From assembly GCF_002105155.1 (NCBI RefSeq), contig NW_019029002.1:186001-250000 (forward strand): a stretch of 64,000 nt of DNA. The letters run 5' to 3'. The notes beneath the pieces are model-generated. The model was given only the letters and a program-made list of their open reading frames with translations, had not been told where the DNA came from and searched no databases. Each line of letters begins with the position of its first letter. Positions within the stretch are counted from its first letter, which is position 1. The position numbers and the translations under genes are program-made. The DNA comes from Lobosporangium transversale. Its lineage: Eukaryota. Below, in pieces: positions 51,101 through 60,543 of the stretch.

Positions 51101-51249
51101 TCAAAAATAAGAAAAGCTTTTTGAATAGTGTGTTGAACGAGATTTGGGGGATCCACATAGTCAGAACTGATCACAAGTCGCATCATTATTATATCAAGTA
51201 TATGACAGAGGTTGGTAAACACAAAGATGACTTTTTCATGACACAGTAG
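48193..51249 (+). CDS. AEP primase-polymerase + Zn finger + UL9-like SF2 helicase fusion (1018 aa, intronless)
   Basis: EYYDLEW, GSMHII, HIDWIVYTKNRNFRCINSAK; CQICNRIHDNDN...LHCYR; SEPDTAKTS (degenerate Walker A), LVLDEV, HTPTITVGID, RQMLRRPR. Confidence 0.88.
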   Translation: MYKFGATFYSQKQQGLRPQAASFKRADEAQNTFLVAHQFKLNSEGKPLWAFGSYKNLQSFLECTKYVPATECFFFEQIRDGTSCWEYYDLEWDPSKTEDTEETIFSDFLQQRNAFCLEYEVLASECRILSASNAEKGSMHIILSGSGFKFRDNTCHMKNFMDAFHLMVKEHPLSKHIDWIVYTKNRNFRCINSAKRHDPTRVLRPAIWHNASCSAPESEFFVTNVSADATDIVHCHLAASKGARNKVPQVQGSEQDQDQEQNEKLPPSVIKAINTMLANMDCLSQFKIGESHNNRMHLKRIRSGHCQICNRIHDNDNAYVTIADQGKVYLHCYRVDANSRRDGLQIGKLDFPSMIALRVHRAQTNQEETITANKHCSLRHLEYKKVMKLLQNQKQSLVIRSEPDTAKTSFVESFMDRHKNLAYIFVSPRQSLARNLEKRLELRSYLSFPGPVSGKRVIIQAESLYKLDLEYYSMDVVLVLDEVCSIFEQMTSVGTMKGRHGANNQVLEELMRKSKRVIALDADVTDREAEIIKSVRSDVFVIHNTFKPQQGHQVVCFQHKEVLESHVIDLVKSGHKVWISTTHSAEDAETLHKTLQKMGRRGVCITKNTSDADKIGISQNINKIVLDLDYFIHTPTITVGIDCNVKHFNYVVGFFEAQTGVIVETCRQMLRRPRNVSTQKYLIYIKNVTSNLPTTFREIVEYMESQEVRLNGCELDISGFPYISQMGQPPSVDLKVLYALIYMQTLIKKHLTKNDFYQRFIDQMVQVGCSVQEADSHLCKNDEYTVELNQNKKELLHIKYTGISKARVLDTEEFSRLDVQNSRTQEEQYAVTKYKLMETYSVQDASLLTPDWVEKYDKPREKKIYKNLAMLKEDPTLQILRQEDRLGLKCGKATVGVHTLGNSRYLRFKYAKDILDSCGFDSPFDDREMSAEELKRKIDLRWSDLVKDGSMRDICTQLGIRCPSHNNWDFKNKKSFLNSVLNEIWGIHIVRTDHKSHHYYIKYMTEVGKHKDDFFMTQ

Positions 51250-51423
51250 GCTTGTATATAATGATTTTTAAAAAAGTGGCGTCCTTCAGTCAAGATTTAG
51301 AAGATGGATTCAAGTATAGTTCATGTAATATTACCATCTGGGTAACCAATCAGAGCAGGCTAATAGGCTAATAGGCTAATATATTATTTGAGTTACTACT
51401 GAGGACTATATAACCGGGAGTAA

Positions 51424-51494
51424 CATTTAGCCGGGGCCAACTTACAAATTCTTTTCTAAGAGAGAGCTTGCAAGTTGGCCCCTGGTGCGTGCGC
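51424..51494 (-). repeat. E2 hairpin site 4 (orientation B, 'flip' core)
   Basis: CATTTAGCC-GGGGCCAACTT-ACAAATTCTTTTCTAAGAGAGAGCTTGC-AAGTTGGCCCC-TGGTGCGTGCGC, 34 bp before the right direct repeat. Confidence 0.95.
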
Positions 51495-51528
51495 AGGGCT
51501 TGACTCACCCTCCAAAAGAAATTGGGAA

Positions 51529-52044
51529 GGCGGACATCCGAACCCGAGAAGTTGCCCAAAATACAAATAAATGTAAGATATTCGAAGGTCCAAGCTACAT
51601 CCGAAGGCTCTCAGAAAGTAAGTTGTTGCCATAACTAATCTTTTAAAATATATTCTGATGAATAGATGCGAGACTCGAGCAACAAATCTAATTAAAAACA
51701 TTCTAACTATCACAAAGCTGAAGTCCTTTTGCCCGGTGATTTGATAGGCTGTTTAAAATTTATTTATTAAAGACATTGACTACTTATCTGAGGATAGACT
51801 TCATGTGAGACACTGATGCGGCTGGTCAACCTATAACCAGACCAACAGACACCACTGCTGCCTTCGGATTATAATGCCAAACACCCAATACATATACTAC
51901 GGGTTCATTAAAACACACTGTTCGGCCTGCAGCTCACTAATATCAAACACTCCCAAATTGGGCATCTCTTTTTTAAAAAGTGCGATTAAATTCGAACAGG
52001 ATTTATCTGGGTGGCCAAATCAGTTTCGAGCTCGGATGTCCGCC
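51529..52044. repeat. E2 right long direct repeat (516 bp) with 13-bp TIRs
   Basis: Near-identical to 40949-41464; followed by TAA. Confidence 0.97.
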
Positions 52045-53505
52045 TAATGTCAGGTGTTGGTCGTCGAAGATACTCTCCGTCCACGCAGAGGCGGACAAGG
52101 TTTGATGTAGTAGCAGCCGTTGCAAATTCTCAAAAGTCCTCCATTGTTGCGTCCCACCCGAATTTGAAAGTCAACTCCTGGATACCGCGCGCTTGGACCA
52201 TGACTTCATAAAACTCCTTTGCTTGTACTGACGATCTGAGACTAGTGTCGATGCTACCATGCTGCTCATCATATTCGCCGCCGTTAGCTGCAACGATCTC
52301 CTTGAACCGCTATACTACTGATTCCCTGTAGCTCTCTCGATAGTGGTCGAAACATACCCATTTGACATGGCCCTCAAGAGTGACAATGCGATATAGGTTA
52401 CCGAGGGTACGGCTCTGGTTGTGGGCCAGCAAAAACGATTGGAGCCGCCGTAGGTCTGCCCCTTCAAGCACTTCTGATTTCCCGATCATTGCCTGGCCCG
52501 CAATGTTATTAATACCACCATCGGCTTCCTGATGATTGTTTTGGAAGTAATTGATTGATTCATCCACAAGTAATACGATCCCGTGCCCTGACACCTTCAC
52601 TACACCTCTCGCTACATCAATCCAGTCTGAGATGTCGAGTTGAGCCAATGGAGGCAAGACAAAGCCAGCAGCAAGGACTCCGTATTTAAGTATCTGTAGC
52701 ATTGTCAATACATAGGATCCGTACTTCTCAAAGAACTCTGCGGGTCGGTCGATATTATACCCTTCATGCTTTGCCAGATGTATATGGTGCGGGATATTGC
52801 TCTTGGATGGCTTCGTGTGACCGCCACACTTACGCAGGAAGAACAACCGAAACTGGTATGCAAATGGTTTCCCTAGCTTATCAAGGGGTCCTGTAAGCTT
52901 TGGGAGGACGATGAACAGTCTGGGGATTGGGTATTCGTGCAATTCGTAGGTCTGAGTGATGGGAGCTTGCACTCGGCTTTGAATGATGGCTAGCCTGTCC
53001 AGAACCTGTTTCTGCATCTGCAACATCTCACTCTGTTTATTCTGCAAAAGCTGCAGTTCCTCCCTATTCTTCTTTATCTCTTGTTGCATCTGCTGTCGAA
53101 GGGCTTTGATGAGCTCGGTGTCTTCTCGCTGCTGACTAAAATGTACTGCCATGGTTGCTTTGAGCCATAACATCGGTTTGATTCATTTGGATCACCTCCG
53201 TTGATTTAGAGTGAGAGCTGTCGATGCAGTTATTCTGAAAGGATGGCGGTTGGACATTAGTGTCCATAGCACTGGGAAGAAGGGTCAGTTTGGGTCCCTC
53301 CAAAAGCTTGTCTGAGATGGGAAGGTCCCCAATGTGCTTTGACATTGCACTCGTTAGTGCTTCGGCGGAGGATGCTTTTAAGAACGCATGAAAAGGTGAA
53401 AGGGGTACCTCAGAGGTGGCGTTGATACGAGCTGGCGCGCTGACCACGACTTGCAAGGTAGTCCCTGGTCGATATTGGACCCTTAAAGGAACAAGACTAA
53501 AAGGA

Positions 53506-53536
<31 letters not shown>

Positions 53537-53980
53537 GATTGAAAGGAGAAGAAATGTGCGTTTTTGCACGTCGAACAGTTAACGCTGTGTCAATTCTGCA
53601 TTTATTCTGCCTTTGTTCTGCCTGCTTTATGGATCCCTCCTCCCCTGTGATTTAACAAGCTGATTCAGAAAATGAGGAGGCTTTATGGTATAGCATACTC
53701 TTCACAGTTTTGACCAGTCAGTCATAAAGAGTATGACTTGGGCATGATCCAAAAGGTATTCCGCGTTTTTAAAGACTTGTTGGAGATCTTTCCACATTAT
53801 CAGTTGATGGCCTGTCTCTTTGTCAGCTCTTGTCTGAATAGAAAAGATTACGTCCGAGAGTGGACGAAGATCAGAGATTGAGATGGCTATGAATGCCTGT
53901 TGAGGCAGCGTAGTGGTTACTGTATCTGTGTCTGTATCTGTGTCTGTATCTGTGTCTGTATCCGTATCTGTAGGAGCCAT
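52045..53980 (-). pseudogene. 5' half of the E2-interrupted Mortierellaceae-expanded gene; in-frame stops and a frameshift
   Basis: MAPTDTDTD...LIMWKDLQQVFKNA; ITQTYELHEYPIPRLFIVLP; HLAKHEGY; LEGADLRRL...LGNLYRIVTLEGHVKWVC; stops at ~52310 (TAG) and ~52130 (TGA). Confidence 0.8.
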
Positions 53981-54922
53981 GATTTTATTGCTGTGAAGAA
54001 GAGAGAAAGGAGGTGTTTTCAAAGAAGTTTAAAAGAAAATGCATATGCCCTTGATGAGCAACCACAACAAGCGGCATATATACGCCCGGCTTCATTCTTT
54101 CTTTCTTTCTTTCTTTTTTTTTTTTTTTTCTCTCTTTGCAAACTCTATTAACCTTTAGTACTTTTTTAAGCAGGGAGGAATACATGTTGCACAAAGATTA
54201 TGCATATACACATATACCATCATCAATCTACCCGAGTATGTAGTTACTAATTCAGTGGCTATGCTTCTGTATACATATGTTGTAGCTTTACAAATATACA
54301 TATCATTGTTTCATTGGTTGTTGTGTTGTTTTGACCATTGCTGTTGTCATTCCGAGATTGTTGAGACAAGCGGTAAAAGATGAATATGAACGTGATGGTG
54401 CCAGATAAAAAGGATTTACTTTTTTTCATTCATTCACTGTTTGCTTTTTTTTTTTTTTTTTTTTTTTTTTCCTATCGCTTTGGATCGGATCGTTGATAAA
54501 TATACAACATATACAGATATATACTTCAATAAGAAACGCGTTGGGATCGAATTAATTCGTTGCAAAAGTACATGTGTTACGTTGCTTGCATGAAAAAAAA
54601 TTATCCGTTCCGAAACGGGTCCAATAAAATCGTTCTGCTTCTTTTTCCTTTTTAGAGCTTTCTCTTAGGGAGGGTTTCTTTTAGAGGGGGGGGGGAAATC
54701 TTTTAAAGAAAGTTGATGGCATAATAATATAAATAAATATAAAATATTATATATATACATTTACATTTACATTTACATTTACATGTTTATTTTGTTACAT
54801 GTTTCACCATAATAATCGAGAAACAAATGAAATCCGTTGCAGCAACACATTTTTAGTCGATCATTGAAGACTAATTTGAAAATGAAGCCACGCTATCGCA
54901 CTATCGCAATGCAAAAGGCAGA

Positions 54923-54954
<32 letters not shown>

Positions 54955-56692
54955 GGGAAGGGGTTTTGGTAGGTAAACTGCATTAGAAATCAAGACGAGA
55001 GAGATGTAAACAGATTCATAGTCAAAGTAGGCTAAGAGGTTTTTTTGTTTTTTGTTGCAACAGAGCTTTTGAGAGCGAATTATGAAGAACAACTGTCGAG
55101 CAGGGCTGTTCAAGACAGGCGGATGTATGTATATACAATGTTATAAATGTACATGTATATAATATACATTATAAATAATCTATATATGTCTGTATATATA
55201 AATGATGCGAAGACTTTCTGAATTCAGAAAAGTAGATGTTTAAATATATATTTGTGATTGCCAAATTAGTAGAGAGGCAAGTGGGTAGGGGATCTGTAAA
55301 GTGCTCAAGAGGAGTCATCAATGTCAAAAGAACGAGAATGACAAAAGAAAATAATAAAGGTAAGAAAAAAAAAAAAAGGAGAGAGAGAGAGAGAGAGATG
55401 ACGAGAAATGAGGAAAAGGGTTTCTGTAGCCCTCTTTCATTGGGTACACTTCAGGAGGACAAACGCGTAAGGGCGGCAAGGGGTTGTTTACAGAAAAAGG
55501 AACGGGTCCATCATATCACAAGCTGTACATGTACACAAGAAAAGAAAGAAAGAAAGAAGGAAAGAAAAAAAAAGGGTCTTGAGCAGTTTATGCAGATCAA
55601 ATGATATTGGTTACTTTTTCACATTGCAGCAAGCAGCGAGTCAGAATGGTCTTTTTTATTTTATTTTTTCATTGCTCTCGCTCTCATGGACTCCAATTGA
55701 CTGTGATGGACAACCAGACGGCCGTAACAGAGGCAGGTTATCCAAATAGAGACAAACCTCTCTCTACTTTACACTTTCTTGGGAGGATAGAATCCATGTC
55801 GATCTTTGTGAGTACCTTTTCTTTTACAGATCCACAAATCCACAAATCCGTTGAAAGAGCTGACAAAACTGACAGACAAAAACAGAGAAGACCTTCATCA
55901 TCAATGCTCTTTTTGGAAAAGAAAATAAAAAAAATAAAAAAAAAAAAAATGATGGTGGTGGCTGGCTCAGTTGGGTTGCATCTTTCGTTTATTTATACAG
56001 TAAAACTATATTGCGATTACCATGCATATATACATGTTGTATACACATCCAACGAGTTTTGCTGGAGGAAAGAAAGAAAGATGAAAAAAAAAAAAAAAAA
56101 AAAAGACATGGGCAGTAGATGTTTTTTGTCACCAATAGGGCGTTTCTACAAATACAGACGTATACATGTACAGTATAGACAGATATATCTACATGTCTAT
56201 ATACTAAGGATGTCTATTTGTCAAACAAGGAATTCGATGTCGGATGGATGTGCTCCAACGTGTTTGCAGCCACATGGCTTATTTGCACATCTCTTTGTCT
56301 TACTATTTTTGGTCTCTTTCCTCTATCTCTTTCCTTTTTCTTTTCTCTTCTCTCTTTTCTCATCCTCGTTTAATTTCTATTTCCTCCTTCTCCCATGCAT
56401 CCAAATCCATTCCCCAACACCCTTCCCTAGAAAAAAAAGTCTTCTCAACCTTGTTTCTTGCATGTCTCCTTAATTTTTATTTTATTTTATTTATTCTTTA
56501 TTTTATTTTATTTTTTTATTTCTCTTTTCTTTTCTTTTCTTTTCTTTAGTGTATTTCACTTTACCCCATCTCATTACTTTCAGTTTTTTTTTATTCTCAC
56601 CTTCACTTTGACATTCACACATTCAGATTCAGATTCAGATTCAGATTCAGATTCAGATTCAGATTCAGATTCAGATTCAGATTCATTTAATA

Positions 56693-57330
56693 ATGTTTCA
56701 GGCCGATAATTACATTTCATTTCATGACCTCAGTCCCGAGGCACGCATCCTTTGGGTGTCACCGTCCATGATGGATGTGCTCGGGTATTCGTCAGAGGAT
56801 GTGGTTGGACGGAATGCATATGATATCATTTATCCGGATGACCACACCCAGGGGCGAGTGGTTCATAAGGAGAATGTGATGAATGACTTTGTGGCCAGTC
56901 AGGTCGTCCTTCGATACAAGGCCAAGGACGGTCGAGCTGTGCCCTGTGTAGCAGTCTTCAGTCTCTGCTATGACTTTATCCTCAATTGTTCCACCCTTGT
57001 CGATCCAAGTGCTGCTGCCTGTGAGTTTTCTTTTTCTTTTCTTTCCCTTTCCCTTTCCCTTTTCTACCTTATCCTCACTCAATCCTCAATCAATCCTCAA
57101 CCAACCCGTAACTGGTTTTTTATTATTATTATTATTATTATTGTTGATTCAGGTCCCTTTGAGGACCGTTTTTATCCAAAGGATATCACTGGTTAAATTT
57201 CTTTTTTTGTTCTAGTCTCCTATTTTCTTTTTTTTTTTTTTTTCTTCTTGACCAATTGGGAGAGGATTGCTTGTCCAAAGGTTGAAGCATTTAACAACAT
57301 AGTATCAGAAAACTCAAACTGACAATGTCC

Positions 57331-57364
<34 letters not shown>

Positions 57365-58963
57365 TTGCAGATAGACACCTTCGAGCGCATTCTTCTGCAA
57401 TGACTCGCCTCGTAGGATCTAGAAAAGCGGTAAGTGAACTAACTTGTTAGCTAAAAAAACATTTATGCACTTTCTTTTTTAAAAAAAGAGTGTAACTCTT
57501 CCCTTCCATTCCTCCATCTATCTGTCTACCAATCTATCCATCCATCCATCCATCGGAGTGTAATAGTGCAATGCATTGCATTGTCCATATTCTGTATACG
57601 ACTGTATACATATCTATATACATATATGTATACATTAATTCAAAATTCAAAATTCAAAATTCACTATTCAGTATTCAGTATTCAATATTCAATATTCAAT
57701 TTGTACAAAAGATTAAATGCTGCATTTGCATAAGGTCTAGAACAGCTCGTATTCCATTGCTATCAATATATGACAACATGAACTTGTGGACTAGACAATT
57801 TTTTTTATTTTTTATTTTTTTATTTTTTTATAAATATATTTTTTTTTCTTTATTTTGTCGATCAATGGATGAATAAAAAAAAAAAAAAAAAAAAAAGACT
57901 AATGACAGCAATTTGCCTTTGATTTTTACTTGATCCGTAGGAATTCGAGCGGATCAAACGTCATCACGAGGCATTTGCAGCCAATTCATGGAATCATCAC
58001 GGATTGGAACCAGAGTTGAGGGTTTGTATGATTATGAACCGGTTCACGCGGAATCTGGTGATCATGTACGCCTCCTCAGCATGTGAATCCATCTTCCATA
58101 TCGATGCAGACTCGATCGTGGGCAAGCCCGTTCTGTTGTTTGTCCGTGCCGATGACCTGGCCCCGTTCGTGGAGCAGATGGACTCTGTCAAGGCCTCGTC
58201 CGCGATCTCCCATATGCGCTTCTGGTTTCAATCTCCTCATTGGCCACGGGAAATTCCATGCGAGGCCATCATGTTTGGGGCTGCAGACGGGATTGTGGCG
58301 ATTATGCGGAGATGTAAACCTTTTTTGAGAAAGCAGTTTATCACGGACAGTTCACATTGTGGGCCATATCATCATCATAATAATAATAACAATAAAAGTT
58401 TGGGATCATCATGGTCTTCCCTTGCCAGTGCTGCAAGGTCACGCCTCTCCACGCCCTCGACCTCCTTCAACTCGACCTCATCTCTAAAATATCCATCCCA
58501 GACAGCAAGTCCAGGGTACTATGCTGCCTCCAGAGCCAGGCTCAATAAGATCCGCATTGTGGATGAGAACGATGGACGGTTAAGGCCCCTGGCCATTCCG
58601 AAGGACGATCCCAATCTTTTGTCAGACACATCTCTCCCTGCAGCGTTCAAGGAGCATCGGGCACAATATGTGGAGGAGGAGGAGGAGGATGATGATTCGA
58701 TCGAGGTAGAGAATGAGGAGGAAGTAGAGAGATTGAGCATAGGTCTAGACGATGGAGAGACCCATATGGATTTCAATCTTGTGCAGGGTACAAAGGAGAT
58801 GGACATTGGAGGTGGCAATAGATTTCATTACCAGCAGCAGCAACAGCAACAACAACAATACTATGACTCTCACCATGATCACGGGAGTGTATACAATTCT
58901 CAGTACTCTAGTCATTCCAATATATTGGATCGTACGCGTAACAATCGTACTTCACAATCATAA
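56693..58963 (+). CDS. Tandem PAS-domain protein, copy 1 (3 exons)
   Basis: YISFHDLSPEARILWVSPSMMDVLGY..EDVVGRNAYDIIYPDD (PAS); second PAS IMYAS...IVGKPVLLFVRADD. Confidence 0.85.
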
Positions 58964-59110
58964 TCCTAATCGAATTTGAATAAAATAAAATAAAATAATA
59001 AAAAAACGTGTCGTATATGTGATATATATATATTATACATGTATAGTTCAAGAAAGAAAAAGAAAAGGCAAGCAATGTTGCTTATGCTGTGTTTGTTTAT
59101 AGCCGGAAAG

Positions 59111-59143
<33 letters not shown>

Positions 59144-60304
59144 ACTACATGTACATGTATATAGTCTATGCCTTTACACACATATACTGTACATGTACAT
59201 GTACAATGTGAAAAAAAAAGACAAAGATTATAATTTATAGAGTGGAATATGTATAAATGTAAACATTCTTTTTTTTTTTTTTTATTTGTTCCTATTAGCA
59301 GACTATCTGCAGAAAAAAAAAAAAAAAAAATGCCATGCACGTTACATGTTACATGTTACAAAACCATAAAAGAGATGTGGATGTTCGGATGGATATAGAC
59401 AAGCGGAAAAAAAGAAAGGGCTCTCGTCTGTCTGTCTGTCTGTCTGTTTTCTTCTGTTTGTTTTGTTTTCATGGGTTTTTGGCTTTTTTACCTCTGCTGT
59501 GGTTTGGACGGATGGATGGAGGGCAGGGATGTCTGCATCTGACTGGAAAAAAGTTGTTATCCATGCATAACAGTTACAGTTACACTTGCAGGGTTATACA
59601 GTTACACTTGTAGCGTTATTCATGTACATGTATACATATGTACAGTACAGTTACACTCGCACTCTACCCCTGCAACTCATGTGTCCATTATAAAGACATG
59701 GGACGGACATGGTTTATTGTTCATTCATGCATCTATTCCACTGGTAAAAAGCCAAACCAAAAAGCCGGGAACTTGCATGTTTGTGTACAGCAAAACATTG
59801 TTCGCTTGTTCCTTCCCGTCATCTTTTTTTTTTTTTTTTTTTTTTTTTTTTCACTTTGCCCAGGCTTCGACCCCCTCTTCCCCTTCTCCTTCCCCTTCCC
59901 CTCCCCCTTGACATCCTTTGGCTCCAGACCAAAAGAAGGGGGGCAAGAAACAACTTGACCTTGACATGTTCTTTTTTGTTTGTTTAAAAACATATTACCA
60001 ATCTTATCCGGGATGCTGTGTTGTCCACTCATTCCCTATCACCCTATCATTGATACTTTTTCTGTTTTTTCAACTTCAATCTTTGGTGCTTAATCTTTAG
60101 CATGGCATCGTTGCCCTACCCAATCAACGTTCACCTGTCTTTAACAAAACCCGCTCCTGAGGGTTTTTTTGTCATGGGTAAATTCAAAAAAATATTTCTT
60201 CTCTCTCTCTTTCTCTCTTTTTGCGTCTCTTACAACACACAAACACTTACTTCTTTCATTTCATTTTATCACTCTCTCTTTTCATATCTCTCCTCACCAT
60301 TTGC

Positions 60305-60340
<36 letters not shown>

Positions 60341-60543
60341 CTACAACACAACACAACTCAATACAACACTACACTACACTGCACTGCACTACACTATCTA
60401 TACCATACTATACTATACTACACTTCACTACAACTGCACTACATCATAAACACACACACGTTTATACCACTCTTAATCGAATATATACAAATATATATAC
60501 ATATAAAAATACACATACAACATATACATATTCACATAGAGCC

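Larger units (their letters stand above)
40949..52044. mobile_element. Element E2 (11,096 bp): long-direct-repeat-bounded Harbinger-like element with TAA target-site duplication
   Basis: TAA at 40946-40948 and 52045-52047; 516-bp terminal direct repeats; transposase, primase-helicase, coiled-coil and cargo genes; interrupts a host ORF. Confidence 0.93.

Noticed and set aside
19637..51494. Hairpin repeats as a CRISPR array or rho-independent terminators
   Set aside because: Eukaryotic context, kb-scale irregular spacing, mixed orientation, no cas genes and no U-tract
40949..52044. Polinton/Maverick, Helitron or Starship
   Set aside because: No PolB, capsid, packaging ATPase, HUH-Rep/Pif1 or tyrosine recombinase motifs seen; the TSD is 3 bp (TAA)
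40949..52044. Near-identical E2 repeats as an assembly artefact
   Set aside because: The TAA duplication, the restored host frame and the independent parallel structure of E1 all indicate a real element
54100..60500. Long Phe/Lys-rich ORFs such as 55601-56473 and 58966-59340
   Set aside because: Artefacts of poly-A/T tracts and microsatellites in intergenic DNA
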